Assembly: GCA_020137815.1 (NCBI GenBank)
Contig: CM035354.1
Coordinates: forward strand, 1,550,001-1,614,000
Length of the DNA stretch: 64,000 nt
Source of the DNA: Hormiphora californensis
Taxonomy: Eukaryota > Animalia > Ctenophora
Direction: 5' to 3'
Shown in pieces: positions 37,617-48,925 of this stretch (position 1 is its first letter; every line of letters begins with the position of its first letter). Under the pieces are notes generated by a model that saw only the letters and a list, made by a program, of their open reading frames with translations, was not told the origin of the DNA and did not search any database. The translations under genes were made by a program, and so were the position numbers.

Positions 37617-39547
37617 TGACTTACTTGACTTAAGGCGGGTGGAATTCCCGAACGCCTTGAACAAGTTTTCTCCACGCATCACGTTCCTCCATCACTGAAG
37701 CTATCTCCTTCACGTCACTCAGACCCGTATCTTGCCTTAGAACGTCCACATAAGTTTTCTCAGGTCTGCCACGTTTGGCTTGACCGTGAAGTGGTTCCCA
37801 AAGAAGAACTCTGTGGAGGGTTAGCTCAGGATGGCGTTGAGCGTGACCGGCTAGACGTAGTCTGCGTTCTGCTATTTTCGTGCTGAGGATTGGTAGCCCT
37901 CCAATACCATACAACGTTCCATTGGTCATACGGAGTTGCCACTGGTTCTTGTTGAGCGCCATTCTCAGCATCCGGGTGTATGTTCCATTGATGCTCTTCT
38001 CCATTTGTTTGGTGAGGGTCCACGTTTCACATCCGTAGAGGAGAACGGTTTCGACGGTAGCTACAAATAACCTGCACTTTAGTTCGTCTTTCAGATCAGA
38101 GTTCCAGACTTTCTTCAATCCGTGGCAAGCAAGCCATGCTTTACTCTTCCGGTTCTTGATGTCCTTATTGGAATCTCTGATCCACGATCCAAGGTATTTG
38201 AAGTCATCTGCTCTTTTGATCGTGTGTCCATCACAGGTAAGGAGCGGCTCTGGATCAGGGATGTTCTCCACTATGAGCTCCGTTTTGTTCTGGTTGATAG
38301 CCAGACCAACCTCCTTACAAACCGTCTCAACCTCACGTAGTATAACGCCTAACTCCTCAACTGAGTTTGCCAGCAGGGCCACGTCGTCCGCAAAGCCTGT
38401 GTCAGTAATTCTAGATGCCCCAACTCTCCTACTCCTAGCAGGTCTCAGAGTGAAACCGATCTCTGGGTGTCTGCTGAGTGCTATCCGTAGACAGTAATCC
38501 AGTACTATAATAAAGAGATATGGGGCTAAAGTGTCGCCTTGAAGGACACCAGCCACGATCTCAAAGATAGCAGAAAGGCCGTCAGCTGTTAAGACCTGTG
38601 CTTTAGTATTAGTATAAAGCCATTGGATAAGGTCAACGATAGCATCCGGTATACCATATGCTCTCAGGATCTTCATTAGGCTGGATCGGTTGATACTATC
38701 GAAAGCCTTTACGAAATCAATAAAAGCCATAGCGACCGGAAGCTGTTTCCTCCTCGCACCCTCTAGTATCCTCCTTAGTGTCAGGATGTGACTGGTGGTT
38801 GAGCGCCCCTCCCGGAATCCGTTCTGGGAGTCGAGAAGTTTGGTCTCGACATAGGGCCGGATGCGATGTAGTAGCATCCTGTTCAATGTCTTTGCGACGA
38901 TTGAAGTCAGTGCAATACCACGGTAGTTCCCAGGCTTGGACAGATCACCTTTCTTCGGGACAGGGATGATGTTACTGACTGTCCATTGTTCTGGGATACC
39001 CTTACCTTCTAATGCACCGTTACAAAAGCCCAGCACTATCTCATCCAGATCACACCTCTTAAGAACCTCAGGAGGGATGCTATCATCCCCATAGGCCTTC
39101 CCCTCCTTAATCCTCTTCTTGGCCCTCTGATATTCCTCAAGAGTGAAGCTGCCAGTGAAGATGTCCGCCGGGGGAAAGAGCTGTTCGACTTCCGTGTCTG
39201 TTGACCCTGATGGTGCGGACCCTAGTAGGGTTCGGAAGTGATTCAACCATATATCATTCCTCTCGTCCGGCGAGCCCCCCTCCAACTGACTAGCTGTCCT
39301 CAGATTTCTACCAGAGACCTCGTTTACTATTCTCCAAACTTCTCGTGACTTAGCATTCCTAGCAGCATCCTCTACCCTCCTAATCTTACCCTCAATAATC
39401 TCTGACTCAACTTCTCCATAGGCCCCCGATAACTCTTCCTTCGCCCTATTAACTCTGGTCCTCGTTCTCTCGTCTGGCGCTTCGTGATACTCCTTACTGG
39501 CACACTCCAACTCTGTCCTCACTCGCTTAACTCTATAATCCTCTGCC
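37617..39547 (-). mobile_element. 5'-truncated RTE-clade non-LTR retrotransposon with an uninterrupted RT reading frame
   Basis: RT motifs YRGIALTS, QNGFR, DFVKAFD, GVLQGDTLAP, FADD, FKYLGS. RTE-type C-terminus GRPEKTYVD...RDAWR. 3' tail TAAGTCAAGTAAGTCA. The 12-bp TSD AAACCAAAATAT lies at 37605-37616 and 39548-39559. Confidence 0.92.
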
Positions 39548-41654
39548 AAACCAAAATATAGCAACCTATTATGAAAAGCAGAAAATGGCATGTAATGAGG
39601 CATGTAATGAGCTATTTTGTTACCGTATCGCATGAGGTTTGTCATAATGGGTCATATCACGTCATATCATGTTCAGAGAGAGGGAGAGAGAGAGAGAGAA
39701 AGAGAGAAAGAGAGAGGGAGAGAGAGAGAGAGAGAGGAGATAGCGATAGAGATAGCGGTCGACAGAGAGAGAGATAGAAGCTAGAGACCAGAGAAGAGAG
39801 AGAAGAGCGATAGAGAGAGAGAGAGATGAGACGAGAGCCTATCGATATCTCTATCTGCTTCTCGTCTTAGAGGAGTCTACTCGCCTCTCTGCGTGGCGGT
39901 TGTCCCTCGTGCTGTGGTTTGTTGGTGGTGGTTGGGGTGGGTGTGGGGGGAGAGACGATCTCTATAGTTTACATAGTGGAACGCATTAAAACTAAACAGT
40001 AGGCTAGGGATAAAGATCAATTGATGATGATCCTATTATAAACCACCTCCCCCCCTGATATCACACACACACATGTGATGAGTAACCATTAGACAACATC
40101 TCACACGATCTAAAACAATGGTGTTTAACAGAGGATAATAATAAAACGTGATCCACTTCACATTGCCTAAGCGTGTTGTGATGTAAAGGAGGGTTAGAAC
40201 ATAACAAACCAGGTATTAGAGACCCTGCTGCTTCAAAATAATCTTTGTATAAGAGCTGGTATAGAACATAACAATAAATGTGAGCAGCATCTTCACTTTG
40301 TGTACTATGAAGCCTAACATCTGTCTCTCACGGTGTCTCTTAAGATGCGGAAGTGCAAGACAGAACAAAGGTACAGACAGCGCTATGTTCATCTAGCTGC
40401 ACAGTGTGATAAAATATAAGGATAATAATAAGGTGCTAAAAGAACTACCCGGAGCCGGGTTAAAAAGCCCGTTACCTAGAGGCGCACCCAACGGGTGCGT
40501 TATAGTATTACATAATTTTTAAGACATTCATTTAGTATACTGAGACTCCCTTGTGGGATATGAGAGATACCCCTGTTACCCCAGTATCCCTTTCCCTAGT
40601 TTTAGTGGTGAGTTGTCACGTTTTCCCAGCCATGTGCGAGAGCTCTGGTGAAGTGAGGGTGTGAACAATGAGCTTACTAAGACTGTCAGATAGCTTAGAG
40701 TGAGAATAGGTAGTTGAGTAGAGAGAGCCATAGTGAAAGTCAGTCAGACGGGTCTGTCCGATAGTATCGCCTCTTTTACTTGGACGGTGTCGACAGTTCG
40801 AGTCGGAGAAGTGGTACAGAACTTTGGTGTTGTTCCGAATTGTTTCTGGTACGGATATCACGTGACTTGTTGTTAGTCGGGATATTTAAAGCCAAGTGAA
40901 AGAGTGAGACAGTGTGCATTTTATTGCCCGAGAGCACCTACCATCCTTGCTTGAGGGAGAACTTGCCCGTGTTCTGACCGTATCCGATTGTCGATGTGAG
41001 CTGTTTACTTTGGCGTGCATGTGCACCAAAGTTTGTGTGACCAGTGAAGATTGAAGATTGTGTGAGTGATTCCTACCCCCCAAGACTACAGTTACGAAAC
41101 CCGGTGAATCCCCTGTGTTTTGAGAATCCTGGGTGGGCAACCCGCAATCTGAACAAACCTATCACCCACCACCCCCAAACCCCCCTCCCAATTCACCCCC
41201 CGAGTGATATTTCTTTCCCCCGTTCACCCTGACGGTTGAAACCCAGACTATAAAAGACAACTGAATTGTAATGAAAGTCTGAGTAGCTCTCTTAGCATTA
41301 GTCGCCGGTAGTAACATAGGGAACACCCGGGTATGTTGGTACGTTATAATTGCGACGTGTAACCAGTCCGCTTAAAAACTTGGATAGTACTGATTTTTTT
41401 TCCCTCTATGGGGGGAGGGGGGAGGCGGGCCCCGGGGGCCAGGTCTCCCTGCTCCACATTTTTTCGTGTTTATCGTCTCCTCCGCATCGGCTCTCTGGCT
41501 GTTCCTGGTAAAAAATTACCTTTGAAACAAACATTGAAAACAACTAATATAAGCAACGATCCCTCAGCCAATCCTGTCAGCAAACCACATAGATACCCCC
41601 CGGGAATTAATTTTACTTAGATATCACATCCGTTACTCGTTAGGGTACACTAAA

Positions 41655-42905
41655 TTTAGAAAAAGAAAATAAAAAAAAAAAAATTCTTTTTTTTTTGTTT
41701 TTTTTTCCCCCCCTTTTTTCCCTTTCCTTTCCCTTTTCCCCGCCCTTTTTTTTTCCCTTTTTTAAAAAAAAAAAAACAATTTTTCAACCCTTTCCCCCCT
41801 TTTTTCCCCATTTTAAAAAAAAAATTGCCCAAAAATCGAAACCTTAAAGGGTTTTTTGCAGGGGGGGTTTTTTTTTGGAAAATTTTAAAATTTTCAAAAC
41901 TTTTCCCCAAAAATTTTAAATCAGGGAAAAATTTTTTTCGGGGGGAAAAAATTTGGGAAAAAATTTTTCCCCTTTTTTTTTTACTTATTTAACAAAATCC
42001 CCTTTTTTTTAAATAAAAGGGTTTTAAAAATTTGGGTTTACGGCTTGGGCTTTTTAAAATTTTTTCCAAAAATGGGGGCCCCCCCCTTTTCTTTTTTTCT
42101 TTTATGATATTCTTTTCCCAAAAAACTTTTTAAAATAATTTGGGGAAAGGGGGAAAAAAAAAAAAAGGGGAAAAGAAAAAAATTTTGGGAGGGGGGTTTT
42201 TTGGCGGGGGGGGAAAAAAAAAAAAACCCCAAAAAAAAAAAAAAGGGGGGAAAGAATTTAAGGGGGGGGGAAAAAAAGGGGAAAGGGAAAAAAAAAATTT
42301 TAAGGGAAAACATAAAAAAAAAAAAGGGCCCCAGGGGGCCCCCCCAAAAAAACCCCCGGGGGGGGGGGGTTTTTTTTTAAAAGCGAGGGGCAAAACTTTT
42401 TGGAAAAGGGGGTTTGGGGGGGGGAGGTTTTGGAAAACCCGGGGGTTGGGGGGGGGAAAAAAAAAACCAAAAAAAAAACCCGGGGGGGGGGGTTTAAAAG
42501 GGGTTGGGGGGGGGGGGGAAAAGGGGGGAAAGGGGGAAAAGGGAAAAGGGAAAAAAAGGGGGAAAGGGGGGAAAAAAAATTTTAAAAAAAAGGGGTGGTT
42601 TTTTTGGGGGGGGGTGGGGTTTTTTTTGGGTTTGAAGGGGGGTGGTTTTTTGGGGGGGGAAATTTCAGTTTTTTTGGGTCTTGTCCTTTTTTTTGGGGGG
42701 GGGGTTTTTTCCCCCCCCAAAGGGGGGGCAAAGGGGTTTAGAAAATTGGGGGCCCCGTTTGGGCCCCTCCCCTTTTTTTTTTTTTTTCCTTTTTTTTTTT
42801 TTTTTTGGGGGGCACTGATAAAAAATAAGTGACAAAATGAGGTAAAAAATAAAAAGAAAAAAAAAAATCGAGTTGGATAAAAAGTAATTATGAAAAATTA
42901 AATTA
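41655..42905. other. Homopolymer-run-dominated segment, probable sequencing or consensus artefact
   Basis: Almost entirely 4-12 nt runs of A, T, G or C with no periodicity. The ORFs here are K/G/F/P low-complexity. Confidence 0.7.
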
Positions 42906-42924
42906 AATTTAGTAAAATAGTTGC

Positions 42925-45168
42925 TCATTTTGTCCTGGATGCCCTAAACCGACTAACAGGGCGTCCCGATCCCGCTCCAACTCTACCCAGATCCCTGATC
43001 CCGCTAATTGTCTCTCAGTAATCTGACCGTGAGGGTTAAAAGCTCTCTTAGTACCAGTGGGTGTTGGCTGGGTGTCAGTTGTAGTGGGTGTTGGCTGGGT
43101 GTCAGTTGTGGTGGGTGTCGGTTGGGTTCCAGTTGTAGTTGGTGGTGGGCATTCTTTAGTGTCCGGAGAAAAGCTCACCCTCTTCTCTTCAGCCGCTGTG
43201 CTTGATCTGTTCCTACAAATGGGGAAACGTCGATTATATGTTGGTGTTGTTTCTAAAAATCTTTTGAAAAGCGTCAAGATCGGTGTTTCCAAGGATGTTC
43301 CTAAAGTTTTTCCTAAAAGTTGTTACTAAAATTAATATTGGTACCTTGACAAGAGCCGTTCGATGTTTCCCGGGTGTAATTGGTCGCCATGGCAACTGTT
43401 ACCCGTTACCATGGAATGTCCAAACTCTATGGTGGATGTAACCTCTTCATCACCAGATTCATCATTATAATCATCATCATCATCATCGTCATCATCATCA
43501 TCGTCACTGTCATCTTCATCGGTACCATCTACTGCACACAATCGGGCGAAAGATTCCAATTCTTCTTCAGTGAAGGCGGGTCTTGGTGGGGGTACGTTGT
43601 TCCGTGGGGTGTGGGCTTTGTGCCTATTTTCACCTGCAGGATAGAATTAGTTACTTTTATTAGTAACTGGGGTAAAAACTAATAACTTTAATTAGTAACT
43701 GGGGTAGAAACTAATAACTTTAATTAGTTACTGAGGGAGTAACCCAGGAGTAATCAATGTAAAACTCGGTACAGTTAGGGGCAGAAGTATCTTGGTGGGG
43801 AAATCTTGCAACCAACTACTCATCCCCCCTAGACGCCTCCTCCCACCCCGCCCCCCCACCATGAAACCACGTGACTCACTTCTTTGCAGGTCCTGTTCTG
43901 TTAACTGCTCCACTATTTGTCCCCTCCCACCCCCACACACCCCCTCCACCCCCCCCCCCCCCCCACCCTGAAACAACGTGACTCACTTCTCTGCAGGTCC
44001 TGTTCTGTTAACTGTTCCACTATTTGTCCCTCCCACCCCCCTCCACCCCCCCCCCCCCCCCCCCCCCCTCTACCCCCTCTACCCCCTCCACCCCGCCCCC
44101 CACCATGAAACCACGTGACTCACTTCTTTGCAGGTCCTGTTCTGTTAACTGCTCCACTATTTGTCCTTCCTGATCGAGTTCAGAAGAAAACTCTGCCCTG
44201 CTCTGTAGATTGTCCATCACCTTCTTCTGATCTGATATCTCCTTTCCTAGGTACTCCCTCCTTCTCTTTGCTATGTCTATACCTGTAATATATTGGTTGT
44301 CAGGCACTGATTGTAACTGATTGTAATAACACATACGCTGTGGAGAGGACAGTCTTATATCAGACAAGTATAATTGGGGGTTCGACAGGATAAGTATTGA
44401 TAAAATCACTGCGTTTTCTTTTAACCACGGTCTCGATTGCAGCGGGATCAAGGAGCCATTATTTCTACAGATATTTTATTGTATTTGCGGTGTTGTTGGT
44501 TAGCTGCTGTGCGGGTTGTGTAACTGCAGCTCGATGTCTTAATCAGTCAAGCCAATGCTCTAACTTCGGCATTCACCCGGCCAGGGAAAAATAAGTCCAA
44601 TGCACATTGCTCTGTTTCACAATCCTTGAAGAACATGGTGCAAGCTATTACACTTGAGCAGTATAATACGTAGAGGGGGAATAACTTGCCTAGTTTACCT
44701 GCCATGCAGTAGGAATTGTTAGTTAAATATGTGTCTCCCAGCGGGGAGAGATAGATGGATTTATAGTTATCTGATATTTAACCTTCTGGTGCCCAGTTAC
44801 ATGGATGAGTGGTCAAATGCAGCAATAGAATTATTATATTTTGATTTTTTTATACGCATGAGCTATAACTAGTGATAAATGTCTGTCCGGTAAAAAGCTG
44901 TCACTAGCAAAGAAGATAATTTTACCTACCTACCAGAGATTTGAAAAGATTGATGATATGGCCTGGGACCGTCGGGGTCAGTTCGAGGTTATTTCGAGGG
45001 ATCAATTGTTGAAGAAATCAGACTGTTAATAAGGTTGAGAAAGCTAAGTTGTCTTGGAGAGGGAGCTAGGGCAGGGAGGGAGAGCTGTCTGCTGATATGA
45101 GTTATTAAGGGAGCTTAAGAGCATCGGACACAATCCTGCCCCGTTATAGATAATGCTTCGCTTAAGCA

Positions 45169-45267
<99 letters not shown>

Positions 45268-45268
45268 G

Positions 45269-45309
<41 letters not shown>

Positions 45310-45334
45310 GGAGAGAGAGTGAGAGTGAGAGAGA

Positions 45335-45383
<49 letters not shown>

Positions 45384-47849
45384 GAGTTATAGTAATAGCT
45401 AGTATCATGTCTCTTAATATTATTTTTTCTCTCTCCAGCAGACAGCTGTCTCTCTTTTATAGATTTCCAAATCGCACCATTTTTATAAAATCGGCTAGCT
45501 TTCCCAGACCCTCTCTCTCTCAGTCTTAACCCCCTAGTAGATGATTTTAGCGCTAAGTGGTGCACTACTCTCCCTCCCGTGACCTGCCTAAAATTCATTA
45601 CACAAATTTTGTCTGTGTCTTACCTCTCTAAAATATCAAATGCTAAAATATTATCCCGAATTCTGCCTAGATATTATTAAACTTTTTATAGCAATGTTGT
45701 TAGTAGGCCGGTGATCGGAAAACTCTGACAATGTTGTTGGTGTTTCTGGTGTCTCTTTTGACCTCACTGTCCGCGGAGACCGGGACGACAGGTAAGATTT
45801 TTTTGTCGTCGTAGAAGGTCGTCACTGGTCGCATTTGATAGGCCTTATAGAGCTGAACAAAGCCCCAACCCGTTCAAGAGATATAGGGGGTTTTCTGTTT
45901 CCCTCAAAAAATATTTTCCTACCCGTTCCCGCCAAAACCTAAAAACTCTTGTAAATCTTGAACGGGTTGGGGCCGAGGTCTGATCTTTTGGGGCTTTGTT
46001 CAGCTCATTGAGACCTATCAAATGCGACCAGTGACGACCTCCTACGACGACAAAAATTTTTGACTTTACTTATTCTAGGCTTATAATACGTATTTAATAC
46101 GTATTAAATACGTATTCACGCCCGTATTTAATACGTATTATCGAAAAAAATACATATTATATTCTGACTAGGGTTTAGTATCCAATTAGCTCAATTGTTA
46201 TACTTGAAATGAATGTCAGCACTTTTTACTATTTAGATTGCAGGGCGAGGTGTTAAGATACCTCTGTAATGAACTGATATCGTACTGAGCTTTCAGCACC
46301 AGTGTCATTAGATATAGCTAGCTATTATAGGACCCACACCCTTATCCATCAGACATAGATTGATTGATTGATGCAAACACTTCTTGTTACATCATCAGTA
46401 TATCGAAGCTTATTGCGTTTCAGACTGGACAGCTGTAGAGCGGGAAGTAAGGATACCCTGGGACCTAGAGGCAACACCTCTCCAGATAAAGACGGACTCG
46501 ACACTGGGCAGTAATGAGGAGATTCACGTGACGTTGCTAAACCAGAAAGGCGGGTATATCAGTCGTGTTAGACTGATGTTCTCCTCCCCAATGCAGTATG
46601 GGATAAGTGGCTGCAATGGCGACAACGACCTGCCAGTACAACCCCCGGTGGAGGTGGATAAGATCTGGACGATTGCCAAAACAGAGACCGCCATCACCAT
46701 CACATGTAATGGTGTTGAGGTACTGAACTACTTGTTTGCAAGTAGTTCGGATAACAACTGTGTGAAAAAGTTGGTTCCTTATAAAGTGGAACAGATCAAA
46801 ATAAATGTTGATGATACAGCATCCGACTTCTACAAAGCATCGTCAGTAGGGTCGCTAATTATCGGTAAGTTAACTGAATACACAACAAACAACAACATAA
46901 TACACAACATAATACACAAACAACATCCCTCCCTCATAATACTGACACCCTCCCTGGTCTATGATAATAACTAAGATATCTAGTGCTATAATACTGCATT
47001 TTCGGAACGTGTTCGTCTCGACATTGCGCGTCGCGGGCTGTACCAAACCCGGGTGAACAAGCTAACAATAGTGCAATTACATGCGCGCGATGTAGTATAT
47101 CGGGGCTAAATTGCGTGAAATAGCGTGGAAGAATGTTTAAAAACAGTAAAAGTTCGAACAATAATAGTAAATTACCATATAAAACTGTTTTTATTTTTTT
47201 GTATTTTTTTGTACTTTTTTGTACTTTTTTGTATTTTTTTGTATCTTTATGTTTGAGGAAACCCCTGTTTTTTTCCGTACAAACATACAAAAAATAGGTT
47301 GGAACCCCCCCCCCTCGTTACCTAGTTATCATGGTTACCTTGTTATCATAGTTATCATGGTTACCATAGTTACCTTGTTTAACAGTCCTGTTGACAAACC
47401 AGGAATCCCCGTAGTGGACCATAACCTCGCCAGTATGCACCAACTGGAGGAGGAAAACATGCACAATGATAATTGTACAATAAAAAAGGATAAAATTGTG
47501 ACAAAAACGAGTCATCCCAGTCATAAAATCCTGGGATTTTCTGATTCGAATCTCACCTCCCCGGGTATAAAACCCTTTTTAGAGACAGGCACCATTATCT
47601 CTAATCTGTGTTCGGAGCACAGTGTTTCCATAGTTTCTATCACTGTCTCGTACTCTTTATCAACCCTGCACATGATTTATGTCACGTGATGCCCATATAT
47701 GGTGTTGTGTGTCACGTGATGTCTTCATTTTATTTCATAATGGGAGGGCTCAATCAATAATAATATCATATCACTTACTTCCCTAGTTCCTCAATCCGGG
47801 AGCCGACATATTTGATATTCTGCCTGTGAGCTCTTCTCAGCTGCTCTAT
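42925..47849 (-). CDS. URI1: Unconventional prefoldin RPB5 interactor (URI1/Bud27) homolog; first exon unresolved, 1-bp frameshift near C-terminus
   Basis: Exons 47849-47779, 47665-47557, 47443-47374, 44282-44124, 43633-43345 and 43212-42925. Alpha-prefoldin region IMVPVSKKGFIPGELVHTGEVMVHYGDSWF...KKVMDNLQSRAEF; HKAH; poly-Asp; TIEFGHS; KRVSF; terminal PVSRFRASR in a shifted frame. Confidence 0.88.
45171..45380. repeat. (GA)n microsatellite
   Basis: Directly visible. Confidence 0.95.
45798..46058. mobile_element. MITE-like inverted repeat element in URI1 intron
   Basis: TTTTTGTCGTCGTAGAAGGTCGTCACTGGTCGCATTTGATAGG...CCTATCAAATGCGACCAGTGACGACCTCCTACGACGACAAAAA. Confidence 0.7.
46424..46864 (+). 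CDS. Isolated phase 1-1 exon encoding an approximately 145-aa beta-rich extracellular-type module
   Basis: tttcag|ACTGG...ATCG|gtaagt, 441 nt, open. It translates to WTAVEREVRIPWDLEATPLQIKTDS...KIWTI...CNGVEVLN...DTASDFYK. I recall this as a highly repeated ctenophore module (not verified by search). Confidence 0.65.
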
Positions 47850-47864
47850 CTGCTGAACACCCAA

Positions 47865-48175
47865 CATACTGCTGACGTCATAGGGGGGTTAGCTCTCACG
47901 TGATGCCCATATATGGTGTTGTGCGTCACGTGATGAACATTGAACACTGCTGACGTCATAGGGGGGTTAGCTCTCACGTGATGCCCATATATGGTGTTGT
48001 GTGTCACGTGATGAACGTTGAACACTGCTGACGTCATAGGGGGGGTTAGCTCTCACGTGATGCCCATATATGGTGTTGTGTGTCACGTGATGAACATTGA
48101 ACACTGCTGACGTCATAGGGGGGTTAGCTCTCACGTGATGCCCATATATGGTGTTGTGTGTCACGTGATGAACAT
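47865..48175. repeat. 78-bp tandem repeat, about 4 units, containing TGACGTCA and two CACGTG per unit
   Basis: Directly visible. Partial units also occur at about 47680-47720 and 48855-48920. Confidence 0.9.
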
Positions 48176-48925
48176 CAAACATTGGGGGAGGGTGAAATAT
48201 TTCAAACGACGTGCCAGTCCCATAAATTTCTAGTTCAACTCTACGTTAATAATATTATAAGTGGATCGGCCGATTTATTCTCGAGAGGAGAATCAGGAGA
48301 TTCTCGATAGAAAGAACATTTTGATATTTGTCCGATGCAATATGTCTAGACTTGTTGGCTTTCCCCCTTCTCTCTTGCATATACTAATTATATGTCAAGA
48401 ATCAAGACATATGTAACTGGCAAGACGGATATAAAATTAGTACAGTATTATCTGCAGAACTTGCCTTGCTCGACCCTGTCTCACCGTGTCCCGAAAAAGG
48501 GTTTGAACATGTTGCTAAAAGGAAAGTGATAGAGATTAGAAAAATGTCATGTATTATGTGATGAAAATGAAACTCAGGGTCTGAAAAATATACATTTTTA
48601 AATGAAAAACAATACATCATCCACAAAATCACACGCACACCAGCAAAGTAAAAGTCTACAAAAATTTGTTCAAAAAAATAGTCTGAATTAAGTGTTTCTT
48701 TCTGGTGACATCTGGAAACCATCCCTCGTTATTTTCAAAGCATGCAAAAAATTGTCTGATCTACTCCGCACGTTGATCTACCGAACCCTCACACAATCCG
48801 CACAGTCAGAGAGTCGAAGACCCACACCTAGCTGTACTTACTGCAGGTAGCTGCCACGTGATGCCCATATATGGAGTTGTGTGCCACGTGATGCCCATAT
48901 ATGGAGTTGCGTGTCACGTGACCAG

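Noticed and set aside
39548-39645. N-terminus of the 671-aa RT ORF
   Set aside because: It lies outside the TSD, so it is flanking DNA that happens to be in frame with a truncated LINE.
40550-41630. Possible solo LTR (TGTAACC...TATCACA) or other repeat
   Set aside because: There is no TSD, second copy, PBS or internal domain in the window.
41655-42905. K/G/F/P-rich ORFs or a novel low-complexity element
   Set aside because: The homopolymer-inflated sequence is most consistent with base-calling or consensus failure.
44698-44770. Exon-like SPLGDTYL segment as part of URI1
   Set aside because: Exon 47443-47374 matches the prefoldin motif far better and splices in phase.
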